Shown one piece after another: positions 28,992-38,900 of a DNA stretch of 52,981 bases (position 1 is the stretch's first letter; each line of letters begins with the position of its first letter). The position numbers and the translations under genes were made by a program. The notes beneath the pieces were generated by a model, which was given only the letters and a program-made list of their open reading frames with translations, made no database searches and was not told where the DNA came from. This stretch comes from a virus (lineage: Duplodnaviria; Caudoviricetes): positions 1-52,981 of IMG/VR virus record IMGVR_UViG_3300018080_000230; one strand, written 5' to 3'.

Positions 28992-29879
28992 TTACACAAG
29001 CTTGGCTTCTGTCAGCACTGCCTTGACACCGGGCGTTAGCTGGCCGGTAAGCTCGAAATTGGTCGCCTCCTGGAGACTGATCCGGCCATCGTTGTTTTCA
29101 ATGGCTTTATTCAGGGCATCGACCCTCTGGCCGTGGTTTGCCCCGCCACTGCTTTCATGACCGGCATTGTTCAGCCTTTCGGAATCCAGAAATGATTTCT
29201 CAAGCGGGGATGCATCGGTCGGCTGGCTGGATTTCCTGGGAAGGGGCTGACCGCCGATTTTCTCCACGGTCTCATGTACCGATTTCATAAGGCTTGCCTC
29301 GGCCTTTTTCACTTCGGTAAAAGATTTGTAGAAATCCCCCTGGCCTTTCTCGATGGCCGTAATGGATTTGCTGATCTTGGAAATCTGGCCGTTGATTTTG
29401 TCAATGGCCTTGTTCTGGTTCTGGATGGCCGTACACAGACCCTTGACAAGCTCACTGGATTCGTAGGCTTCCACGAAATCGGCATCCTGTTCAGTCAGCG
29501 ACTTGACAATATCGTTCTCCTCGGAGAGCGATTTTTCGGTATTGGCTCCGGTCTCACCGTCACCGGCTTCTCCTCCGGTCTCACCGTCACCGGTCTCACC
29601 GTCACCGGTCTCACCGTCACCGGTCTCACCGTCACCGGCTTCTCCTCCGGTCTCACCGTCACCGGCCTCTTTTCCGGCCTCGCCACCGGCTTCCCCGCCG
29701 GTTTCTTCGCCTTCGCCCTTGACCAGTTTTTCCATCGTACCCAGGACGGAATCAAGTGATTTCCGTAACGGGTTTTTGTCCTTGTCGTCCTCGACCTTTT
29801 CACCGGTCAGGGACTTGGCGATTTCGGAAAGCTCATTGAGGGATGCAAGAGCCTTCTTCCTCTGTTCCTCTGTAAGCAT
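28992..29879 (-). CDS. scaffold protein
   Basis: Acidic/coiled-coil, between protease and capsid genes, many xxKS/KG sites. Confidence 0.8.
   Translation of the reverse strand: MLTEEQRKKALASLNELSEIAKSLTGEKVEDDKDKNPLRKSLDSVLGTMEKLVKGEGEETGGEAGGEAGKEAGDGETGGEAGDGETGDGETGDGETGDGETGGEAGDGETGANTEKSLSEENDIVKSLTEQDADFVEAYESSELVKGLCTAIQNQNKAIDKINGQISKISKSITAIEKGQGDFYKSFTEVKKAEASLMKSVHETVEKIGGQPLPRKSSQPTDASPLEKSFLDSERLNNAGHESSGGANHGQRVDALNKAIENNDGRISLQEATNFELTGQLTPGVKAVLTEAKLV
29548..29710. repeat. in-frame tandem repeats (15-bp ccggtctcaccgtca x6 interspersed with 12-bp variants) encoding GDGET/GGEA
   Basis: Directly visible within the scaffold gene. Confidence 0.95.
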
Positions 29880-29891
29880 TGGAAAACTCCC

Positions 29892-30848
29892 TTACGTTAA
29901 AATAGTGTAAAGTTTATTTACTCTTTGTCTCTTTTTATCATTCGAGAGCATCTTAACAATTTCACTCGCAACCTTTTCGGATAAACCACGGCACTCTTTA
30001 AGATGCTTCTTAAGTTTTTTTAAGTCGCTGGTCGGTTTGTTTGTTTGATGAGAACAGATTTTACCCGATACATCATCAATGTAAGTTGAACCATCCAGCA
30101 GTTTCAGAAATTCAACGCTTGCTTTCGCAATCTCATTATTCGTGAAAGTGGTAACCTTGAGACCCTTATCAATAGATTGCTTTCTGAGCGTACCTGCCCC
30201 GGATGCTGGCATGATTGCCTGGCCGGTCTCCATTGCCTTTTCAACATCCAGGTAACAAGATGCATAATGAGGACACGACTCAGTACAGGCAATGGAAGGA
30301 TTGAATTGGCAAACACCGGCAAAAGATTTTACAATATCCACCCAGGTATTGCGATTGATCGGATGTTCCGTGATGGCAATGTTCTTGACCCACGCCTTAA
30401 CAATGCGATTGCCTTTGCGTTCCAGGGTCTTGCCCTCTACGCTTGCACCGATCCTGCGTTTTGAACCCACGGATTTAAGAACACGGAGATGCTTGATAAG
30501 CTGCTCTGCAACCGGCTTCTCATTGGACTTGTAAAGAAAACCCTTTACCAGAAGTCCGCAATAACCGGTCTTGGTATTTTTGACAAACTCATAATCGGTC
30601 GGCTCACCGATCAAATACTGAGAGCCCTTATTGTGATCGTAGTTGAAATACCCGCCTTTCATAAGATAATCCAGGATAAAACCTTCCGGCTCAACCACTT
30701 CTTCCTGGATATCCTCAACGTTGTCACCGGCCAAAAGCTTGATGAAATACTTGTTGTCATCCTCGCCACCGGATTTTTCCAGATCGGTCTCCATACCCAA
30801 AGGGATTGAGAAGTCCTGTCCTACCTTGTAGTGTTCCAGATTTTCCAT
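29892..30848 (-). CDS. prohead (maturation) protease
   Basis: D..EE, GYFNYDH, IGEP, GASVEG and NIAITEHPINRNT motifs (His/Ser protease of the HK97/herpes fold). Confidence 0.9.
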   Translation of the reverse strand: MENLEHYKVGQDFSIPLGMETDLEKSGGEDDNKYFIKLLAGDNVEDIQEEVVEPEGFILDYLMKGGYFNYDHNKGSQYLIGEPTDYEFVKNTKTGYCGLLVKGFLYKSNEKPVAEQLIKHLRVLKSVGSKRRIGASVEGKTLERKGNRIVKAWVKNIAITEHPINRNTWVDIVKSFAGVCQFNPSIACTESCPHYASCYLDVEKAMETGQAIMPASGAGTLRKQSIDKGLKVTTFTNNEIAKASVEFLKLLDGSTYIDDVSGKICSHQTNKPTSDLKKLKKHLKECRGLSEKVASEIVKMLSNDKKRQRVNKLYTILT

Positions 30849-30849
30849 A

Positions 30850-31000
30850 ATAAAAAAGCCAACCTCTATAACGTAAGGGGAATCCCTTGGTTATGTGAGG
30901 TTGGCTTTACCCTTAGTGGAGGCTTTCGCCGTAAACCTCGCCGGTTTCCCGGCTTTATACTGGACAGGGGAATCATGGGCTAAACCATGATCCCCCGTTT
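30850..31000 (-). promoter_or_regulatory. structured leader/attenuator upstream of the prohead protease
   Basis: Terminator-like stem 30855-30908 plus a T tract, abutting the ATG; two GAAA tetraloop hairpins; three AAAGCC copies; alternative pairing segment at 30931-30939. Confidence 0.7.
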
Positions 31001-31046
31001 ACGAATATTCTATTTATTTATTAAATAACTAATTTTTTCACAAAAA

Positions 31047-31271
31047 TCAAATTTTTTTAATCAAAATCAGCCCAAACCCGGAATCCTGGGGATTCGTAAT
31101 TGCACCAAGATGGTTCTCGGTTTTGCAATATTTACAGACCGCCATTACCTGATTATCCCGGATTCTGAGCATTCGGGATTTTATGAGTGGATCGCCGTTG
31201 TCTTTTGCCGTCGCTGTTAAGGATTTTTTGCATCCTTTACACCGGAGCTTTCTGACATCTGTTTTAATCAC
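31047..31271 (-). CDS. Zn-ribbon protein, Mu Com-like
   Basis: 74 aa, LRCKGCKKSL...AVCKYCKTEN. Confidence 0.7.
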   Translation of the reverse strand: MIKTDVRKLRCKGCKKSLTATAKDNGDPLIKSRMLRIRDNQVMAVCKYCKTENHLGAITNPQDSGFGLILIKKI

Positions 31272-33174
31272 CCAGGATTCCTTTTAGGGTTTTTACCAGG
31301 TCAAGCAGCCTAAAAGCGGATTTCGTAATATATTGGGCCAGGTGCTTATTCACATAGATTTTGTTCTGGTAATAGCCTTCTTTTTTCATTGGCTTTTTGG
31401 ACAAAGTAATCACGCCCTGGCGTTTAAACATCTTCACATTGGCCACTCTTTCCTCAAGCTCGTCATAATGTTCTGATGAACTGCTGCGGATATCGGGAGC
31501 CCACCATGAATCCTTAATTGAATTTTTATACTCGTTAGAAGTACGGACAGTGCGCTTGTTCAAGAAAGCATTGACTTTCTCGGCCTCGGCTTTATCCTTG
31601 CATCGGAAAACAATGGCGTATTCTGCGGACTTGCATAACCGGTATCTTTCTTTTTTTCCGGTATCGGGATTTTTCTTGATAACGGATTCTTTGCTGAACT
31701 CCACCGGATCGTCCTCACCCCAGGAATCAGGCCACTGTACTGCGGATGCTTTAACCTTAATATCGTAATCAGGAGTAAGCCCCGCACTTTTAAGCTCGGT
31801 CAAAAGCTGCTTTCCGTGTTCGCCATTAGCTGTATAATTGTGGTACATGAGATTAAATTTATCATTGGCCGTCATGTCATTGATATAATCCTTACCGGCC
31901 ACGTCATAGGAAAAAACATTGTACCCTGTTCTCTCACCCTGCTTTAATGAAATAAGGCTGTCACCTTCTTTCTCCGCTTCTTTCTCAACAAAATTTGAAT
32001 AAGTCGTGTTCTTAAACTTTTTTGCAGCCTTATCAAATTTTGAAAAGTATTCGGTTTCCTTTGGCTTGGCGACTCCGGGTTTTTTCTCAACCACCGGTTT
32101 TTCGCCCGGCCTTTGATGTCTGCGTTTTGTAGGGTCTTTTTTCGATGGCAATAAAGGCAAATCCTTCACACCCTTAACAAGCTCAAAGTTGTCATCAAAA
32201 GACTTGGCGATAGCGATCCCCCGATTCCTGGCCTCTTGCATCAACCTGGCCAGGCGATCCTTTTGGGTTTTCATAAGCTTTTTAGATCGCTTAATCTTCC
32301 CTGCATAAAATCCCAGGAGATACGCCCTGCTTGCGTTTTCTTTCGGCCTGGTTTTATACTTCGATTCAAAGATTCCCTGTTTCCAATCCTTCGTCATGTC
32401 GTTTTGGTTATGCGCTGACTCCTTCATCATTTTTTGCCAGCGTCTTATCCGTGGATTTTTTGTTGATGGAGCAAGATGCAATCTCTCCTTTATTTTTTGA
32501 ATCAGCCCTTTACTCAATATAGGCAGATACATTGGAATATCCCTACCAAGACCTTTGCGGATGATATGAAATCCATGAAGATTTGTGAACATTTTATACT
32601 TATTGCGCTCAAGCAAATCCATGAAGTCATCCATGCTCATTCCTTTGGCTGCGCCCATCCTGACCTTGTAAGCGTATACTTGTTTATCCGGCCAATCCTG
32701 GACAAAACTAAAAACACGCTTCTCGATCTCAGTCTTTGGTTTTTTAACCTTGGATAAGTATTTATCTACTAAAGGCTGTCTCGGTTCTTTTTCGCCCATA
32801 GACTGTGCGTAAGCTGCCCCAAGTTTTGAAACCTCGGTCGCAATCTTACGCTCTGCTGCTGCCTCTTTTTTCACGGTCTCTTTTTTGACCTGTTCTTTTT
32901 TCACTACCCGTTGTTTCGACCTTTTGGCAACAAATTTTTTCCTGGCCTTGATATCAGAACGGTAAACTTTTTTTCCTTCTTTAATCTCGAATTTTTTCTC
33001 TTTCTTCTGTTTTTCTTTTTTGGCCTTTTCACGTTCAGCTTTTCGCTTGGCCAAATACCGTTCCCTGGCCTCGATATCGGACTGATAAAGAACCTTGCCG
33101 GAAGGGAGAATTTTTACAACTCTCCCTTTCCGGCCTATGCCTCTCGGCATAGCCTTTATTAGAATTTTAGGCAT
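31264..33174 (-). CDS. Lys-rich putative internal head (cargo) protein
   Basis: N-terminal ILIK|A, internal K|G/S motifs and repeats; head cluster location. Confidence 0.65.
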   Translation of the reverse strand: MPKILIKAMPRGIGRKGRVVKILPSGKVLYQSDIEARERYLAKRKAEREKAKKEKQKKEKKFEIKEGKKVYRSDIKARKKFVAKRSKQRVVKKEQVKKETVKKEAAAERKIATEVSKLGAAYAQSMGEKEPRQPLVDKYLSKVKKPKTEIEKRVFSFVQDWPDKQVYAYKVRMGAAKGMSMDDFMDLLERNKYKMFTNLHGFHIIRKGLGRDIPMYLPILSKGLIQKIKERLHLAPSTKNPRIRRWQKMMKESAHNQNDMTKDWKQGIFESKYKTRPKENASRAYLLGFYAGKIKRSKKLMKTQKDRLARLMQEARNRGIAIAKSFDDNFELVKGVKDLPLLPSKKDPTKRRHQRPGEKPVVEKKPGVAKPKETEYFSKFDKAAKKFKNTTYSNFVEKEAEKEGDSLISLKQGERTGYNVFSYDVAGKDYINDMTANDKFNLMYHNYTANGEHGKQLLTELKSAGLTPDYDIKVKASAVQWPDSWGEDDPVEFSKESVIKKNPDTGKKERYRLCKSAEYAIVFRCKDKAEAEKVNAFLNKRTVRTSNEYKNSIKDSWWAPDIRSSSSEHYDELEERVANVKMFKRQGVITLSKKPMKKEGYYQNKIYVNKHLAQYITKSAFRLLDLVKTLKGILGD

Positions 33175-33192
33175 TGTGAAACTCCCTGGGAA

Positions 33193-35220
33193 TTAATGAG
33201 CAAAGCCCTGGTCACGACCTTTTTCAAAATCCTCGGCCTCTTTGCTGGCCTTGGTGATATCACCGTCATCCACGGATTTTATCAGGCTTTCACCGATCTG
33301 CCGTTCCGATGATTTGAAAAGGTCTGTGAACATATTTTGGTTTGCATTCATGGATTTGTGAAAATCAACCTCATGCTCCACACCCATGACATTGACCAGA
33401 AGTTTCCCGTTTTCACTTTTCATGATTGTGCCGGAACCCTTGTTCGGGATATGAAAAACACCGCCGACCGGGAACTTGATCGAAAGTGCTTTATAAAGGT
33501 CTTCCACCTTGATACTTTTTTCGGTTTCCATTTCTTCTTTCTCCTCCTTTTCTTCTTCTTTTTCACCAATAGGTTTTCCAATCGGGCCGTTGCCTTTGCC
33601 GACACCAAGGCCACGGCCTTTCCCCTTGGATTTTATTTTACCGCCGGGACAGGATACGGCTTTAATAAGATCGTCCCAATCCTCACCCATGCCGGACAAG
33701 GATTTTTTTGTTTCCTTTCCGATAGTGGTATCAATACCAAATTTCTTGGCTGCTGCTGCAAGTTTGCGCTGGATAAATTTGCGCTCCTCCGGCTTGTACT
33801 TTCCGTAATTTCTCGGCATCCCGAAATACTTGATAGCTGCCTGAGTCCGCTCCTTGGTATCAATCGGATAGCGGTTATTTTTCTCATCCGCATAATCCTT
33901 ATGCTCGGCCTCGGTATATTTTTCCGGCCTCTTTGTAGTAATGGCCTTTTCCAGATTTTCGATGGCCGTATCCAGTGCGGTCACGGATTTTTTCACGCCC
34001 TTGGTTTTATTGTACTTGGCAATAATGCCGTCAAGCTGCTTTTTAAACTGGTTCATCTTGGGATCGTTATTGTCAATCGCTCCCTGGCGTACCGCATACT
34101 CAAGATTCCAGATCAGGTTATTGGCAACCTGGGCCGTCACCTTGGGCTTTGCTTTCTCGGCCATCTGCATGATTTTTTCAATCTCGGCCTTTGTGCAATT
34201 CCCCGTATAGAAATAGGAATTTTTCACCCAATCCTTGATGGAAAGCTTATAGATATCGAAATTCCTTTCCAGGGCTTCCCGGTATTCACGGAGAAGGTCT
34301 TCATACCTCTTAAGAACCTTGGCAGGTCTTACATCGGTCGGTTTCAGTTTTTTTCCGGCTTCATCAACCACGATATTTGTGGCCGGTGTTGACTGAACTA
34401 CTTCTTTTTTGGCCTCGGTAATAATGGCCTTGATTAAATCTTCTGTGGTTTCTGGAAGGTTTGAATAACCGTTTGTTGATTTATTAAAAGCACCGGCTTT
34501 CATAGAGTGTTTTTCGGCCATAAACTTATGATGCTTAAATTTTTTATCACTTTCGTCGTCGGTTTTTTTTGATTTTTTCCTATGACCTTCTGACTCTGTG
34601 TAATGCGCCTTCGCTGCATCCTCATAGTCTTTTTTAGTCCAGCCCTTTTCATGAATCCCAACCTGTTTCTGACTCGATGTCCCATAAATCGGTTTCCCGC
34701 TTCTTGTGTGTCCGATCACCTTTCCACCCCTCGATCCCTCACCTTTTATAGCCTTCTCCAATTCTTCTCCGCTAAAGATTTCTTTCAGCGACTCGATGGC
34801 CTTGACTAATTTCTCCACGTTTACCTCCTGTTTAATTTCTTTTTCACTGGAAACGCTTGATGCGCTCCCTTTCTGGATATCAATGCCGAAAATATTCATA
34901 AGATTTGCGATCACATCTCCGATTGATTTGGCAACCGGGGCTTTTCCGTATGTCTTGCCCTCGGCCTTTCTGGTTTGCGATCTTTTCTGACCACTCATTT
35001 TATGATACCAGATGCTCCCGATTGTTTCACGGATTTGCTCATCCGAATAATCGGGATTACCGGACTTGATTTTCTTATACATCTCATCCCACCATTTTTT
35101 CGGGGGCTTTTTCGACGGTGCGCTTTCGGGCTTGGCCTTTACCAAATTAAGCTCGTCCTGAATAAGTAAATCCAGGTCTGAGGTTGATTTAAGGATGTCC
35201 AGTAGTTTCTCGGACAGCAT
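33193..35220 (-). CDS. multi-module putative internal head polyprotein containing a DUF6582-like domain
   Basis: About 20 xxK|[ASG] motifs; YADEKNNRYPIDTKERTQAAIKYF...AAAKKFGI resembles DUF6582 (from recall). Confidence 0.7.
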   Translation of the reverse strand: MLSEKLLDILKSTSDLDLLIQDELNLVKAKPESAPSKKPPKKWWDEMYKKIKSGNPDYSDEQIRETIGSIWYHKMSGQKRSQTRKAEGKTYGKAPVAKSIGDVIANLMNIFGIDIQKGSASSVSSEKEIKQEVNVEKLVKAIESLKEIFSGEELEKAIKGEGSRGGKVIGHTRSGKPIYGTSSQKQVGIHEKGWTKKDYEDAAKAHYTESEGHRKKSKKTDDESDKKFKHHKFMAEKHSMKAGAFNKSTNGYSNLPETTEDLIKAIITEAKKEVVQSTPATNIVVDEAGKKLKPTDVRPAKVLKRYEDLLREYREALERNFDIYKLSIKDWVKNSYFYTGNCTKAEIEKIMQMAEKAKPKVTAQVANNLIWNLEYAVRQGAIDNNDPKMNQFKKQLDGIIAKYNKTKGVKKSVTALDTAIENLEKAITTKRPEKYTEAEHKDYADEKNNRYPIDTKERTQAAIKYFGMPRNYGKYKPEERKFIQRKLAAAAKKFGIDTTIGKETKKSLSGMGEDWDDLIKAVSCPGGKIKSKGKGRGLGVGKGNGPIGKPIGEKEEEKEEKEEMETEKSIKVEDLYKALSIKFPVGGVFHIPNKGSGTIMKSENGKLLVNVMGVEHEVDFHKSMNANQNMFTDLFKSSERQIGESLIKSVDDGDITKASKEAEDFEKGRDQGFAH

Positions 35221-35623
35221 CGGGAACTCCTTTGTGATTGTTTACCCTATCTTTTATTTCCAGTACAGTGTTTATTGAAATAACGATGGCGAATATAGCC
35301 AATATGACATATAAAAACCATCTGATAAATTCCCTCAAATTCATTTTATATTCTTTTATCCCTTCCTTGACCGATTTGATTTTTTTAATCTCATTAAGAT
35401 CACGGTAGTCATTACCAAGTTTGATTTCAACATCTTCAAACCTGGTTTCACATCTGGATTTTGTCATCTCAAACGTATTCTTAAAAAGATCAACCTTTTT
35501 ATCAAGGGAAGCAATCTGCTCTGTCTGAGCTTTCCTTTCATTAAACAAAGCTTCAATATTGCTTTTTATATTCTGGATAGCTTCATGAATTGAACCAAGT
35601 TGGGCTTCAACTGTTCCGTTCAT
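35189..35623 (-). CDS. coiled-coil protein with one transmembrane helix (holin-like candidate)
   Basis: FLYVILAIFAIVISI hydrophobic helix after a coiled coil. Confidence 0.6.
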   Translation of the reverse strand: MNGTVEAQLGSIHEAIQNIKSNIEALFNERKAQTEQIASLDKKVDLFKNTFEMTKSRCETRFEDVEIKLGNDYRDLNEIKKIKSVKEGIKEYKMNLREFIRWFLYVILAIFAIVISINTVLEIKDRVNNHKGVPDAVRETTGHP

Positions 35624-35976
35624 TATAATCCCTTGTGGTGAGGTTCATAATCAATAAGGGGCATCGGTCTTTTTGATGTCTGGTAGGTCGCCTGGGCGAT
35701 CTGCTCATTGGTCAAATGCCATTCCTCGTTTGCCCGGTCAATTAAGTTATTATAGAATTGTATTGATTTCTGATCCGTCTGCTTATCCCGTTTTTCTTTT
35801 AAGCTTTTCATAGCTTCGGTAAGCTGGCCCAAGTTTTTCTTAAGCTCTGCGGTCGATGCGTCAAGTTGTCTGGTAGCGTCCGTATATTCTCCCATAATGC
35901 CAACGGTATCGGCTTCGAGACTCGTATAAGGCTTTTTGCTGGCCTTGAAAAGATTTAATATTAGTGCCCGGATCAT
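35623..35976 (-). CDS. small putative head protein
   Basis: N-terminal LILNLFK|A motif; coupled to neighbouring genes. Confidence 0.6.
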   Translation of the reverse strand: MIRALILNLFKASKKPYTSLEADTVGIMGEYTDATRQLDASTAELKKNLGQLTEAMKSLKEKRDKQTDQKSIQFYNNLIDRANEEWHLTNEQIAQATYQTSKRPMPLIDYEPHHKGL

Positions 35977-38900
35977 GCTGCTTTCCTCCTTTTTATGGCC
36001 AGCACCGGTTTGACCTCTTTTTTCTTTTTCATAGCCAATACTGGTTTAGGTTCTTCTGCAATGGGTTTGGCCTTGCCTCCCCATTTAATATTTCTCGGTG
36101 CGCCTCCCTTACCGGCAATGGCTTCCAGTAATGTTTCCTCACGTTTCATATTGCTCATGCGCTGGCTATCAATAGGATTCTCGGCATCACTCATGAAAAC
36201 CGTTTCCGCATCCCCGTACTTTTCACGGCCTGTTCTGGCATGACGGCCAGTGGCCTGAATCTTATCCCTGGCCGTCTTTGGGGTCTGGTAAAAAATGGCC
36301 GTATCTGCTCTCTGTGCATTTACACCCGCCGTACTATCACGGTCGATCACAAGAAATTTCACATCGGCCTTATCCCGGAAATTCTTAAGATGCTTGTCAG
36401 CGATTTTCTGCTTTTCCTCTTTCGTGGCTGCTTTCTCGGCCATGTCCGCAACTGTACCGGCACCATAGGTTTTTTCCAAATTTCTCACCACGGATTTCCG
36501 GGCCTCTCCGTCGCTAACATGGATAATAAACTTATGCTTTTTACCCTGTTTAGATTTTGAAAAACGCTGGTCTATCTGCTGCTTTAATGCCTGGAATCTT
36601 CCATTGTGTTTTGCATCACCGGACAAAATAGCCCTTTCTTGAAGAGCATCATAATCCTGTTCAATTTTATCCAGGGCTGCTTTTCGTTGCTTTGCGCTCC
36701 ATTCTTCTTTCTCGGCTTTAAGGTTTAGGGCTTTCCGGTCTTCCCGTTTCCTTGAATTAAGCTCTATGACCTTGAGCTTTTGCTTTTTGGTCATATTGGA
36801 TTTTACCTCAGAAATCTTATTCTTGAAATCGTGCTTTGATTCTGAGGAATATATAAACGGGCTCACATGCTCCTTGAGACCTTCCACCACGGAATTTTCC
36901 CACCCTGTCGTTCCGGTCGCAATAGTATTGTATTTATCCCGGAACTCCTTGGTCGTTCCAAGCTCTTTTGATTTATTGGAAACATACTGCATGATAGCAT
37001 AGGTATCCATCACACCCTTGTTCCCGACCGGCGTACCGGTTAAAGCTAAACGATATTTAAGGTTTTTATCCCTTCGGGTTTTCGTCCTGGTATGTTCTGG
37101 AAGCTGGTCATATTCATCCACCGCTCCGGCCTCGAATCCGGCTGCGTTAATCGCATCGACATTCTTGGCGTAGAAATCATGGGTAATGATTTTCACATCG
37201 ATCTTGGGATTTTTTAAATCCTTAACATTGGTAACAATCTTCCCCTTCATCTTGGTAAAATTATGAAGCTCATCCAATGCCTGTTTTGCGGTTTTGTTCG
37301 GACACGCATAATATTTGTTTAATTTTTTGCCGTCCCGCTTTTCAAGCTCTGAAAACACACCGAAAGAAACCGCCGTCTTTCCACCACCCACTTCAATATT
37401 ATGCAGCATTCCACCGCCCTTATCCTTATCCATTGCTGCAAGTGAGGACCGTATGGCTGTCTGCTGATGACGGTATTTTGGGTCTTTGCTCATATCCAGG
37501 GGGACAATTTTTTTCTTGCCATCCACAACCACGGTTATTTTTTTGTTGAACCTATCCGGTAGCCAGCCCTTCTTATCCGTCTTCCCTTCTTTAACAGCCC
37601 TCAGATGATCCATCCTGGCTTGTTCACGCTGAACAGCCTTTGTATAGTTTTTGAGGGAATCTACCGGAACAGAGATTTTATAACCCACGTCCGTTTTTCG
37701 GACATTGTACTTTACGCCCTTTTCCTTGAGCTTAAGACCAAGACCACGGATAGCCTGGGTAACATTTTTGCGCTCCTTACCTACGTTCATGTCAATCGTG
37801 CCATTCTTAAACCCGGAGTCAAGAATGTGCTTTAGGGTCGCTATTGTTTGAAGACTCCCCATTGCTGTACCAAGATGCAAATTTTTCTGAACCCTGGCCT
37901 CGTTCTGTTTCCGATTAATGGCTGTCCCGGTAATAAGCGCAGCCTCGGCCACAACCTTACCGCTCGGATCGGTGAGCTTTTCCTTGACTCCTCGTTTTTC
38001 TTCAAGGTCTTTTATCACCGCATCATAATGGTCTGCTTTTTTCAAAACGTCCTGGACAAGCTGCGGATGCTGCTTTTCGATATACTTGTCAAGACCTTCC
38101 TTGATATTCTTAAGCTCTCCCGGTGTTTTCCCGGACATAATGAGATGAGCAAGAACCGCCGTACTCCCCTGAATACCAAGACCCTGCATAACCTCTTTCT
38201 TGATTCCCGTACCGCCGAATACTTCTACCTGGACACCGTTCAGGGCTTCAAATGCTCCCTGCTGAATATTTTTCTCCATTCTCGGATCGGTATGGATTCC
38301 CTTTTTCCTGAACTCCTCACCCTCGGTTTTTCCAAGGATCGCAAAATTGATCTCGTCATAGAGTCGCCGGTTATCTTCGATTGCTTTATTGCTCATGAAT
38401 TTTTTACTGGCACGATGCAATAATTCATCCGGGGAAATTTCGACGTGTTCCAGGCCAGATAATGAATCAAGAACCTTTGCGCCTTTTGTCTCAACTTGTT
38501 TGAGCCGTTTATCAATCTTACGGATTTCTCGTAACCGATCATTGTGGGCCTCAATATGGGATTTTAGAGATAAAGCTTCCTCCATTCTCATTGTCATAAG
38601 GTCATGCTTTGCAGCCATGTTCTCGTCTACCTGGCCCGGATCACCTTTTTCATAAAGCTGAGTATTCTCGCCATCACGAAATCTTGCTGTTCCTTTATAG
38701 CTGAGATCGTTATTTTCAATAGCCTGGTCGCCTGATTCCAAAACATTAAAGCCGGGCATTCCCTGTTCTTTACCCATAGACTCGCCCATTTCTTTGCGTC
38801 TGCGGATTTCAAGCATTCGCTGGCGTAACTCCTCACGCTGTTCATCGGTCAAGTCCCTGGTAATCTTTTCTTTGGGTATAGGTTCACCGTCATCGTTCAG

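Noticed and set aside
29548-29710. CRISPR array
   Set aside because: Units are 12-15 bp, adjacent without unique spacers and in frame within a gene; no cas genes.
30905-30960. c-di-GMP-I riboswitch
   Set aside because: The GAAA loop and AAAGCCTCC are reminiscent, but the GGCAAACC...GACGCAAAGC core arrangement is not met. An Rfam scan is needed to exclude it formally.
33337-34392. 351-aa plus-strand ORF and the many other antisense/shadow ORFs
   Set aside because: They lie opposite or inside well-supported minus-strand genes, are Phe/Leu-rich mirror translations of Lys/Glu codons, and lack RBSs or motifs.
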